Assembly: GCF_001194135.2 (NCBI RefSeq)
Contig: NC_068989.1
Span: forward strand, 96,240,732-96,293,724
Length of the DNA stretch: 52,993 nt
Reading direction: 5' to 3'
Source: Octopus bimaculoides
Taxonomy: Eukaryota
Shown here one piece after another: positions 36,783 to 48,819 of the stretch (position 1 is its first letter; each line of letters begins with the position of its first letter). The position numbers were made by a program, and so were the translations under genes. The notes under the pieces were generated by a model. The model saw only the letters and a list, made by a program, of their open reading frames with translations. It was not told where the DNA came from and ran no database searches.

Positions 36783-37444
36783 GAAGGATGTATGAAACAG
36801 CTTCAATATTTAGTTGAAAATGTTGACTGGAGAATGGGCTTAAAGGTTTGGTCTCAAGTTTATTCCTTTCATTTGCCAATCTCTGAGAAGCCAGTTACAT
36901 ATCCTGTTGATTTTGGAAGTGTCATTCCTGCCTCTGCAATCCCACTGAAACCAAAGCAAGAAAAATCTAATAGAAATGATTATGGCAAAAAGAAACGAAG
37001 ATGCAAGATGGAAGAAAATGAAAATATGAATAAGGGAGATAAAGTTGGTGAGGAATTGATAGAGTGTGATGTGAATATTGAGGAGAAAGCTGACGACGAG
37101 AGTTCTGCTGAGGTCACTGCTGAGGTCACTGAAGCCAAAACCACTAAGAAATCAAAAAGGCCTTTCGATCCAACAAAACCAACATTTCGAGTCACTTGTC
37201 ACAGAAGTGGTGAGAATCACGCCTTCAGCTCAATGATTGCAGCAGCGAATTTTGGTGGTGCAATACAAACTTATTTTGATTGGAATGTTGATATGAAAGA
37301 TTTCAATATTGAAGTTATTCTGAGAATTGTCAATGACAGTATTTCTGTTAGCATTGCTCTTACCAAAGAGAGCTTACACCGGCGCTTAATTACAAATTTC
37401 GGACCGACAACTCTTCGTGCGACTACTGCCTATAACATGCTCAG
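36783..37444 (+). CDS. THUMPD3: Internal coding exon of THUMP domain-containing protein 3 (tRNA guanine-N2 methyltransferase): end of N-terminal domain, charged linker, THUMP core and start of the methyltransferase region
   Basis: Acceptor ttttcttcttttgcAG at 36781-82 and donor CTCAG|GTAAGA at 37445. 662 nt, phase 0 to phase 2, open throughout. FRVTCHRSGENHAFSSMIAAANFGGAIQTYFDWNVDMKDFNIEVIL...IALTKESLHRRLITNFGPTTLRATTAYNMLR matches the recalled human THUMPD3 FRVTCNRAGEKHCFTSNEAARDFGGAVQDYFKWKADMTNFDVEVLL...IALTEESLHRRNITHFGPTTLRSTLAYGMLR. The ESLHRR/GPTTLR segment favours THUMPD3 over THUMPD2. Confidence 0.95.
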
Positions 37445-38706
37445 GTAAGAATGATGTTTCATTAGATTTTTGTTCCCAGGAGAAATATTTGATTTAAACT
37501 GCCACAATGGAATTGGCACTTTATTACCATCTCTGATACAGCGGAAGGAATTTAAATTAAATCTCCACCATTTTTTTTTTCTTTCAGATGACTCTGTTGG
37601 TTCTCATCCCAAATTATATTGTCTTATTCCATCAGTGTTGTCTTATTTCAAATTCCAGCAAATGGAAAAACCTCTCTCCATTCTTCTTTTGTTTATCATA
37701 AATTTCTGCTTGAAATTTGTTCAAATACAACTTTGTAAAAAAGTAAAAAAAAAAAAAACAAAGCAAAATATTTTCCCGAATAATCTGCTAAAATACAATC
37801 AAATAAAAAGTTTTCAAATTCAAAGAATAGAAATTGAATTAGATTATTGTTGTGGTGTTTACAGCAGTCATTACATGCTGAGGAATATTCCAGAACATGC
37901 GAGCATTGTAGAAAAGCAAACTTTGGAAACACAGCAGAATGCAACTAGTTGAGACAATGGTATTTACAAAAATTATGCAAACCTCTCTGTGCTAAAAATA
38001 GCAGCCAAATCTCCTGTAAAATTCATCCTGCTATCTTTAAAAAACACGGTTTATTGGAAAATGTAGTTTCTGGCATACAACAAGTCAGGATGGTCGTGAC
38101 TGGAGTGCTTTTGAATATAAGAGTTTACTCAATCAAAGCTGAAATAGCTAAAAAGACCAAAAAACACCCTGAACCAAAGAAGGAGCTGCTGCATGGTTGC
38201 CTATCCTGCAAGAAATAGCACTCAAACCTCTTTAGAAAATAAGAAGGACATTTTGGTTGATGTAGTCCTAAGATGTGTCTAAAAAAAGATGGAATTGTCA
38301 GGGATGGATTGCCTTTGCTCATAGGTCTGCCTATTCATTGCTGACCTAGGGCTAAATAACAAAAACCAAAAAATTGGTTGAATATATCATGTCTCACATG
38401 CTGCAGTATGGCCACAATCAAGTCAATGATTTTGGACCATGGTTGGCTAATTTTGTCAGCCAAAACAACAATTTTCATATGAGAAAACATTTAGTTTATT
38501 GAATTCTAACTGGACAATTCTTGCGTATCGTGTCTGATGTTTGGTATTTGAGTTGAACGATAAGGGACTGCTGTAAATTCAGTCACAAGTCCACCAAAAC
38601 GAAATTCAATGATAATAACAATAAAATCGATGCGTATTTTGTTAACTTAACATTCGATAACAAACTCTGCAAAGGATACAATAACCGTTATGTATGTGCA
38701 TGTGTT

Positions 38707-38771
<65 letters not shown>

Positions 38772-38944
38772 GCATGTGTGTGTTTGTGTATATAGAAGTT
38801 ACCTCAGTTGTGTTTTTGCTTTGCTTGGGTAAGAGAAAGTGAGTGTTATAGATAGATAGTGAGTGAAAAAAGAGTTTACCATGTCAATCTTGACAACTTT
38901 GTTTTCCCTTCTCTCTCTCTCTCCCTACCTTGTTATTTTTACTT

Positions 38945-39012
38945 TTACCAGTTCTATCTTTCTCTCTCTTTCTCTCTCTCTCTTTCTCTCTCTCTCCCTC
39001 TCTCTCTCTCTT

Positions 39013-39053
<41 letters not shown>

Positions 39054-39110
39054 TTCTCTCTCTCTCTTTCTCTTTCTCTCTTTCTCTCTCTCTCTTTCTC
39101 TCTCTCTCAA
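38945..39110. repeat. (CT)n microsatellite; further (TG)/(TA)/(CA) tracts at about 38700-38790, 39460-39535, 40260-40335 and 40925-41115
   Basis: Direct reading. Confidence 0.95.
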
Positions 39111-39471
39111 TCAGCTGATATCACTGTCACCTTTTTTACTCTTCCACACACATTATTTTGGCAGAATTTATTCCACTTTTATATAAATCCTATCATCTTT
39201 TCCAATTACAATGCTTATATAAATATTTATACATATTGTTTATGCCAGAAGAATTTAGAAACTTCAGAAAATAATTGAAGTCAATAAAGCCATAAGTGAT
39301 AGGGTTTTCATATTTGGATTAAAAAACCCTTTTGATGAAAAAGGATTAAAGGATAGCAATGATTTTTTTTCTATCTGAACAGATTTTTAACCCAATATTT
39401 GCGCACAATTAACAAAAGCTTTATCTACTCCGACTTCAAGTATTAAAAAGGAATTTCACGCACGCACGCAC

Positions 39472-39520
<49 letters not shown>

Positions 39521-39829
39521 CTCTCTCTCTCTCTCTGCTGATGTGCTGCATTGTCAGTGAATGCCTTCATTGATTACTGATGGGTAACTCTTCTTGGAGC
39601 CACAGTCACCAGACCCCTTGTTCTGGTTACAGGAGCAATCACCACATCTTTAACTTGTGCTGCTCCAAAGGTGTAGTATAGACAGGAGCAATTTCTGATT
39701 CTCTGCTTCCTTTGCATGGTTGAAGCCCCTGTTGGGGTGCCACATGGCCAAAGTCACACTTTTCCTGCTCCTCTTGAAAAGTTTACTGTAATTCTTTTGT
39801 CAGTTTTATTATGACTGTGTGGTTGTGAA

Positions 39830-40245
39830 GTTTGTTAACTAGCCCATGGTTTTCATTTCAATCCCTCTGCTTTATGCCTTGAGCAAGCATCTTCTACTAT
39901 AACTCGAGAATGACCAAAGCCTTGTGAGCAGAACCGATGGACAGAAATTGAAAGAAACTTGTTGTATATGTATCCACACACACGTGTGTGTGTGTGTGTG
40001 TGTGTGTGTGATCCCTGCCTTGGCATTGCATGATAGTTGTAAACAAGTGTCACCATCATTCAACCATAGTCATTTATTTCCAATCTTCTCTTCAAATATG
40101 TCCAGTCATGGGGAAATATTAACTTGCTTGGAAATAGGTGAAGGTTGGCAACAGGAAAGGCATCTGACTGCAGAAAAATTCACCTCAACAAATTCTGTCT
40201 GACTTTTTGCAAGCTTCGAAAAGTGGACATTAAAATGATGATGAT
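39830..40245 (+). mobile_element. SINE family A head and body ending in an RTE-type tail
   Basis: ccttgagcaagcatcttctactata...gaaactt; ggttggcaacaggaaaggcatc...aaagtggacattaaaatgatgat. Confidence 0.7.
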
Positions 40246-40261
40246 GACTAAATCACTCGCT

Positions 40262-40332
<71 letters not shown>

Positions 40333-40989
40333 TAGAGAGGAGTGTTTTTTGTCTGTTACTATCATTGTATATCACTTAACCTTTAGATGAGGCATTTATT
40401 TCTTTTTCTTCAAAAACATAAAACAAATTTAAAAAAATATTATTTTGATTTCAAATTTCATCCATAAAAGTGAAATACCTTAATATGAACAAACTGCACG
40501 TCTTCATTTAGACTCGGTAAAGATTAATCTCTTAATGATGATTATAGCTATTGTCGTATTGCTTTCGGCCATTTCCTTCGCTGTTGTTGTCACTGATTTT
40601 CAACAAAATGTTGAGGGCTGTTTTTGTTTTTTGCTTTCCTTCTGTCTTTTTTTTTTTTATTCCCCCAATCCATGTTTACAGAAATGATTACTGCATGCCT
40701 GAAGGTACGGATAGAAAATGACTAAAACTACAAGAAATGAAAGTGAGGCTGCAGGAATTTTTTTTAGAGGTGGTTACAAGAAGTGAGGTCAGTTTAGAAT
40801 ATTTGTTTTACATGAAAGACACTGCCTCAGGTGTGTTTACAAAGAGTCAAATGTAAGAAAGACTAAAAATAGGACAATAACAGGAAATAAATAAACAAGA
40901 ATTTTTTAATGACAACATTTGTGTGCAGGTGTATATGTGTGTGTATATATATATATATACATACATATATGTAGAAGTATATATATATT

Positions 40990-41026
<37 letters not shown>

Positions 41027-43149
41027 ATTTACATATACACATATATTTGTTATATGTATGTGTAAATGTGTGTGTATGTATGTATATATACATATTCATG
41101 TGTGTGTGTGTGTGTGTTATTAATCAATATTTTGTAGTCTGTCATTCAATGGTTCAACCTTTATATCAATAACAGTCACAAATTCAACACAAACGATGGA
41201 TAATTTTTTTCTTCCTATTGGTTTTTAAATCACAGGGAAAAATAAAAAATAAAGTCTATTGGAGAAGAACTTCTAACCTACACATAATTGTCTCTGTTTT
41301 TTTTTCTCTTACCACTGATCATTATAGACATGAGGGGATATATATATATACATACTGTTATTTCACCTCTCAGTGCCATAATTAGTTCCACTTCCATACA
41401 AATCGTTTATTCTCTTCCGTTCTTTTGTTGCTCCAAGAATAATTACTTGTGACATTTTCTTTTTTTTTTTCCTCATATTGATACACTTGTTTGTTTGTCA
41501 TGTTAAATCTGAGTTGGAATTGGTGTTTGTTGGCGCTATTTTTCCCCTTGATCTACCTCAAAATATTTCAATATTTCATTGACTTTTCTCACAGAAGATC
41601 AAGAATTGGCTACAAAGAGTCAGACCTGGTTGTTGTTGTTGTTGTTGCTGTTTTATTTTTTCTTTATTATTTATAACTTTGATACAACTTTTTTCTCAAC
41701 AATGCTGGCTTGTTGCTTTTCTTCTTCTTCTTCTTCTTACTACTACTACTACTACTACTAATACTACTACTAATAACAATAATAATGGCATTGTTATTTT
41801 ATTATTGATTTCTTTCATTGGAACATGGGAATATTATTACAATCACCATCGTCATTGTCATCATCATCATCGTCATCAGCAGTGTTGTCTTCATTGTCGT
41901 TATTGTTGTTGTCTGTTTGCTTTTAGGAAATTTGACTGGGGTAAAGAAAAAAAGAGTAAAGCAAGGCCTTTATCCATACATCTATTCATTTACTGCTTTG
42001 GCATATGGAAATTTACATCATCGTCATCGTCATCATCATCATCATCATCATCATCAATAGCAGCAGCATCTGCTTGACTCACCCCCCCCCCNNNNNNNNN
42101 NNNNNNNNNNNNNNNNNNNNNNNNNNNNNNNNNNNNNNNNNNNNNNNNNNNNNNNNNNNNNNNNNNNNNNNNNNNNNNNNNNNNNNNNNNNNNNNNNNNN
42201 NNNNNNNNNNNNNNNNNNNNNNNNNNNNNNNNNNNNNNNNNNNNNNNNNNNNNNNNNNNNNNNNNNNNNNNNNNNNNNNNNNNNNNNNNNNNNNNNNNNN
42301 NNNNNNNNNNNNNNNNNNNNNNNNNNNNNNNNNNNNNNNNNNNNNNNNNNNNNNNNNNNNNNNNNNNNNNNNNNNNNNNNNNNNNNNNNNNNNNNNNNNN
42401 NNNNNNNNNNNNNNNNNNNNNNNNNNNNNNNNNNNNNNNNNNNNNNNNNNNNNNNNNNNNNNNNNNNNNNNNNNNNNNNNNNNNNNNNNNNNNNNNNNNN
42501 NNNNNNNNNNNNNNNNNNNNNNNNNNNNNNNNNNNNNNNNNNNNNNNNNNNNNNNNNNNNNNNNNNNNNNNNNNNNNNNNNNNNNNNNNNNNNNNNNNNN
42601 NNNNNNNNNNNNNNNNNNNNNNNNNNNNNNNNNNNNNNNNNNNTATATATATATATATATATATATGTATAAATGTATACAAACACACATACAGATACAT
42701 GTGCATACCCATACATACACACACTGAAATATATCTTTAGTTATATGAACACAGATGTATGTATATTACATACAATATTTATTTTGAGAAGATATTTTTT
42801 CTTCTTGTTTTTTCTTACCATTATTTGGCATCTTACTTTAAGTATTTACATGATTTAGCTAAGTCTACATTGATGTATGTTTCTTGTAGTCTTTTGATAA
42901 TTCTAGCCTCGAGCTGCAAAACATTTCCCCTAAAACAGAAAGCTGACTAATACATTGCCTTCTTTTGGTCTTACGCTGTATTTTAGCTTAGTGATTCTAA
43001 CATCTTGAGTTCAATCCCAATGGGAAAGAATTTGATTTTCCTCTTCTTCAGATTTATATAAGCCATACTTCATCATCATCTTCATCAGATGATACCTCTT
43101 GCCTGTCTCTCTGCCGACCTATGTCTCTTTTTCGCCATCTCTCCATTTG

Positions 43150-43490
43150 GTAAGAAGTTTGCTTCTCAACTAAGTGGTTGTCGGTTCAGTCCCACTGTGC
43201 AGCACCTTGGGCAAGTGTTTTCTATTATAGCCTCAAGCCAACCAAAGCTTTTTGAGTGGATTTGGTAGACAGAAACTAAAAGAAGCCCATCCTATTTATA
43301 AAAAATATTTGTGTGTGTGCATGTACATGCAAGGACATGTATGGCCCAGGGGTAAATATTGTCTTGCTTGGAAACAGGTGAGGGTTGGTGACAGGAAGAG
43401 CATCCAACCGTGAAATATCTTCCTCAACAAACTCCATCCAACCCATGAATGCACAGAAAAGTGGACATTATGATGGTGGTGATACTGATT
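43150..43490 (+). mobile_element. SINE family A with an RTE-type tail
   Basis: ggtaagaagtttgcttctcaac...gttcagtcccactgtgcagcaccttgggcaagtg. Confidence 0.75.
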
Positions 43491-43539
43491 ATGATGATGA
43501 TATATGTGTGTATGTGTAAGACACAGAAATAAATATATA

Positions 43540-44233
43540 TCATTGTCATCATTTAACGTCTGTTTTCCATGCTGGCATGGGTTGGACGGTTTGACTGAAA
43601 ACTGGTAAGCCGGAGAACTGCACCAGATTCTGATCTGATCTGGCAATGTTTCTACAGTTGGATGCCCTTCCTAATGCCTGCCACTCTGAAAGTGTAGTGG
43701 GTGTTTTTACATGCCACCGGCACAGGTGTCATTGACGTGACACCAGCATCGGCCACAACTATGGTCTCACTTCGTTTGACAGGTGCACACAAGCACAGTG
43801 TATCACCAAAGGTCTTGGTCACCTGTTACTGCCCCCATGGGGCCCCAACACTCGAATGATGCTTTATACATGCCACCTGCATGGGTGCCAGTCAGACGGC
43901 ACTGGCATCGGCCATGACTGGTTTCACTCAGCTCGACAGGTCTTCACAAGAACAGCATATTACCCAATGTTCGAAGGGTGCTTCTTATGTGCCAGTTACG
44001 TGACACAGGCATCAGCCATAACTACGATCTCACTTGGCTTGATCGGTCTTCTCAAGCATGGTATATTGCCAAAGGTCTCAGTTGCTTGTCATTGCCTCTG
44101 TGAAACCCAACATTGAGGCAATAACAAGTGACAGAGACCTTTGGCAATATGTCATGCTTGAGAAGACCCATCAAGCCAAGTGAGATCGTAGTTATGGCTG
44201 ATGCCAGTGTCATGTAACTCGCACATTAAAACC

Positions 44234-44236
<3 letters not shown>
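43540..44236. mobile_element. RTE 3'-end multimer (-, about 43540-44114) followed by an inverted copy of its own last module (+, 44115-44236)
   Basis: Arms 43988-44098 and 44115-44225 are reverse complements with about 10 mismatches. Confidence 0.88.
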
Positions 44237-44264
<28 letters not shown>

Positions 44265-44286
44265 GCATGTATGTGTATACATACAT

Positions 44287-44318
<32 letters not shown>

Positions 44319-44859
44319 TTTTGGTTTGTAAGATTCTTGATGTGAATTCATATGTTGAAACAAAGTTTGTTGTATCTTGGGTGGGTCATTATACTGATGA
44401 TAAATGCAGGCACTGGTTCTGTTTCACTTCTTTTGTTAGTATTAGTCAATTAGTTTTTAAATATCTACTCAATTGCTTGATTAATCATTTGGTGACTCAA
44501 TCAATCAACTTGGTTCATCAAAGTCCCTTCATCACCATTCACAACCTCATCACTGACACACCCTCTTTATTTCAGGCCTCTTCCATGTCTGTCTGCCTGA
44601 TTCCTCTCAATCACTTAAAACTCTGTTACAGTTTTGCTCTTCCAGACACTTGCCCGTTGCTCCGTAGCAAGTGTTATTTATACATTGTGTTCCTTCAGTC
44701 TTTTAAATAGTTGACTTAATTGTGTTCAGTGTGTGATTATTATTATTAGCAAAAGCTCAGCAAAGCTTTATTTTGTGATGTGATATAAAATATCTTCAGA
44801 CGGTCTTCATTTGTAGTAAAGTGTTGTTTGCTAATTAAACGCAGGAGGTGTCCGTTGGG

Positions 44860-45020
44860 TGCAGGCAAAGCTGTGTGCTTAAGAGGATCACTTTGCAACC
44901 AAGTAATTTTATGTTCAGTCCCATGACACAGCATTTCGAGTGTCTCCTGCTATAGCTCTGACCCAAGAAATGCCATCCGACAGAATTTGCTTGATGGAAA
45001 CGGCAGAAAGACATATATTT

Positions 45021-45072
<52 letters not shown>

Positions 45073-45230
45073 CTGTTGAAGTTCCATGCTTGCCATTGCT
45101 TGAGGGAAATTGGGATTGTGATGGCCTTTCTTATTCACGTTATAACTCGTCAGTCGGTGCTTTCAAAGAATCGTGACAGATAGAGGTCCCTCACTTGAGA
45201 AACAAGTAACAGTTGATGACAGAAAGGGGG
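44860..45230 (+). mobile_element. Decayed SINE family A with an internal (TG)n
   Basis: gttcagtcccatgacacagc...ctatagctctgacc...gaaacggcagaaaga. Confidence 0.55.
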
Positions 45231-46249
45231 GATGCAGTAGAAGCAGCACCAGTAGTAGTAGTAGTAGTAATAAAGCATTCTAAAGGTGTTTCATTGCATC
45301 CACCATTTGTTGATGATTCCCTTCTCCTGACAAATGACACCTTTGCACCACTCAGGCAATGACCCTCCAGCCATTGGATCTGTTTGGGTGGTCATTGCTG
45401 TTGAGGGTTTTACAAGGTTGGAGTGCAGAAATTTTGGGTCTATTCTTTTGCATGCTGGTCCCAACACAGCGCAAGTGTAACCTTTTTTTCCCCAAAAAAA
45501 ATTCCTGCATGATATAACTCCCCATCTAACCCATGCTAGCAGGGAAAATTGGAATGTTAAAATCCAAAATTATGTTGGTTCCTTTGTTAGATACACAGTG
45601 AGTAATGATCGTCAGAGAATTGGTAATATAGCTACAGTTTTGAAACTTTTAACGGGGTTGAAGTTCACAGGTGGAGGAAAATTCAGGCCTGTTGATTAAG
45701 CTAAGTTGAAGGTGAATCAAACTTAATATAGTCAGCTAAAAAAATTACTTTTTGTAAATTAATCAACCAATATTATATCCATACTACTGAGAAAAGCCAT
45801 TAGCATTAATGAGATTCTCAAGAACAAAGGTAGGGGAGACCACTGTGAAATCTAAATTGGTTAAAAACTAAATGAAGGTACTGAGATTGGTGAGGAGGGA
45901 GACAGAAGCTGAGTCAGTAGGGGAAGATGACTCTAAATACGTTTCATTATCCTTAGACCTCCTTAGGGAAAATGTAGAACTTACCAGCTGTGTAGACAAC
46001 ATTTACCAATTTTTGAGGAAATTAGAAGAAATACTGCGGGAGCCACAATCAGTTTTGGCATAAACCAAGCAATGTTCTGTCACAATTAATGCTTCATACA
46101 AATTATTTGCTGTGTTTGTTTGGGTATTTTATACTGTGAATTGAAAGGCTGCCAAGGTCAGGTTTGATTTCCATCTTCCCCATCATCAATTAACTAAAAT
46201 GCCAATCAAAAACTGAGGTCAATCTTTCCTGAAACTGATGGCTAAATGA

Positions 46250-46262
46250 TAATAATAATAAC

Positions 46263-46295
<33 letters not shown>

Positions 46296-46600
46296 CTTAT
46301 TGTATACAATGCTCAGGTGAACTTCAATGTTTCCACACAGTTCATTGAAGTCTTTCACATGACAGCTATATCACCATATCAACATGTTATGAGTGTCCAG
46401 CCATAGTGCATGATAGACAATGGACACAGAATTGTAGAACAACATCAATGGTGGTGGCTGCACCAGTTTCCCATTTCGTTCAGATTTTCTTCCTTCTAAT
46501 TCTTCTTGCATACCACATCTTCATTTTGCATTGCTGCTATCCTGTACATAGTAATTTTCATCTCGTTACCAAGATACTTATCTGTTGAATTTAATTTAAT
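46250..46600 (-). mobile_element. Probable non-LTR retrotransposon 3' end with an (ATT)n tail
   Basis: Minus strand ...cacctgagcattgtatacaataagctcattattatt; decayed upstream frame. Confidence 0.4.
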
Positions 46601-47204
46601 GCTGCTACCTTTGTTGTTTTTCTTTACATTTTTTATTTTTATTTTTTCATCTTCAATTATTTCAAAGGAAATAGATAGATGTTAGACTTCCATAAGAAAG
46701 ATTCAGAGATCAATTTAAATTAATCAGATTAACTGTGTACTTTTAACCAACACTTTGTACTTTTACTCTCTGAAGTGGTTTTGTTACATTGTCATATCGG
46801 AATTGTTGTATTTTTCTTATTTTCTTGTTTAGTAGACACTCAGATAAAACTGTACAAAGTTTTATATTTTTGTGATTTATTTCGCTGTTTCTTTCTCAAC
46901 CGCCAGGATAAATGTGATGGTGGCAAAGTTTGGCAGAAATTAGTAGAGAATCAGAACAAGATATTTGATGGCAAACAATCTAAGGCTTTACAATTTTGAA
47001 TCCAACTTCAAATATTAATTTTTGCTTTTTCTTTTTGTCTTTCTTTTTAAAGTCAACCTGTCTAGACACCATCATCATCATCATCATCATCAAATAATGA
47101 TGATGATGTCGAGACATCTGGTTATTATTATATTACTGACAGTAAAATATTATGTTCCAAGCAATAAGGTGACTTTTTTTCATCATTGTCTAATAATTAT
47201 TTTA

Positions 47205-47345
47205 ATTTAGGCCAAGGCCAGCAATTTTAGAAAGAAGAGAGTTAGTTGATTACATAGACCCAAGTATTTGACTGGTACTCTAATTTATTTACCGCTAAAG
47301 GGAGGGAAAATATCATTGGCCTGAATTGAACTCAATATGTAGAGA
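47205..47345 (-). mobile_element. SINE family B
   Basis: aggccagcaatttt...gactggtactc...gaattgaactca. Confidence 0.6.
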
Positions 47346-48397
47346 GAAATGTGAGTTTTCTCATTCTCAACATCATACTTACCCACTTTACTTTCTTCCA
47401 GTCACCCTTTTCTGCGATTCCTTGAAATACATCTTAGAACTGCTGTTACCTTATATTAAACACCTCTCTTATATGCTTTCATTCTCAGCCTACCCTTCAC
47501 TTTGTCCCCTTCTCACTACAACCATACATACCTCTGATATCTATCTCTCTTCACATTGCTTGTTTTATAGGACAAGTGTAATTTGAACAAAAGGATAAAT
47601 TTGTAAATATAAAACAACTCACCTGATCGTTTATAATGTTTTGTCCTATCAAACAATTTTACACTTGATTGGTTTTTATGAGATGTGATTGAGTTTAATT
47701 TGAAATTCGAGGTAAAAATGATTACAACCATAGGATAGCATGAAAACTTTTGTTCTTAGGAAGGTTTATATTAATTTTTGACCTAGATTTCGTAGCCCCA
47801 TCTGTACAGGGAAGTGGGGGGGGGGGGNNNNNNNNNNNNNNNNNNNNNNNNNNNNNNNNNNNNNNNNNNNNNNNNNNNNNNNNNNNNNNNNNNNNNNNNN
47901 NNNNNNNNNNNNNNNNNNNNNNNNNNNNNNNNNNNNNNNNNNNNNNNNNNNNNNNNNNNNNNNNNNNNNNNNNNNNNNNNNNNNNNNNNNNNNNNNNNNN
48001 NNNNNNNNNNNNNNNNNNNNNNNNNNNNNNNNNNNNNNNNNNNNNNNNNNNNNNNNNNNNNNNNNNNNNNNNNNNNNNNNNNNNNNNNNNNNNNNNNNNN
48101 NNNNNNNNNNNNNNNNNNNNNNNNNNNNNNNNNNNNNNNNNNNNNNNNNNNNNNNNNNNNNNNNNNNNNNNNNNNNNNNNNNNNNNNNNNNNNNNNNNNN
48201 NNNNNNNNNNNNNNNNNNNNNNNNNNNNNNNNNNNNNNNNNNNNNNNNNNNNNNNNNNNNNNNNNNNNNNNNNNNNNNNNNNNNNNNNNNNNNNNNNNNN
48301 NNNNNNNNNNNNNNNNNNNNNNNNNNNNNNNNNNNNNNNNNNNNNNNNNNNNNNNNNNNNNNNNNNNNNNNNNNNNNNNNNNNNNNNNNNNNNNNNN

Positions 48398-48436
<39 letters not shown>

Positions 48437-48819
48437 CACTTGGGCTCATCACAGATTTCGCATAAGACACATGCCTGCTCAGAGAATTTCATGATTTTCT
48501 GCTTCATTCCTAGCCCAAATGGCTTATTTTTTAATATCTAACACTATGTTTTTCTCCATTTCTAAGTTAAGGGTAAAAATAAAGCAACCCTGCAAAACAC
48601 AACTGATCTTTGCACACAGATGCGCAGAATAGCAGCAATCAAATAATGAAAGCAGTCAGATCAAACAACAGTGATCTGACTGTTGCTTGTACTCTTGACA
48701 AGAGATATCTTTTACACCTACCAGGCTTGTTCGTATTAGCCCGAGTTGCTGGATAATTTTTTGTTCCTTTAAGAATATTGTAGAATGAAAACTTTTCATA
48801 GATTGGAATTTAAATCCGA

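Noticed and set aside
37470-38322. Back-to-back ORFs right after the THUMPD3 donor
   Set aside because: They start inside the intron, are driven by A/T runs and contain no DPMCG or other methyltransferase motif.
39540-39790. GC-richer segment with a repeated attgctcctgt word and short minus-strand frames
   Set aside because: No recognisable domain; probably a decayed repeat.
45872-46063. 63-aa ORF with protein-like composition
   Set aside because: No motif, no clear plus-strand splice sites, and the length is within chance expectation.
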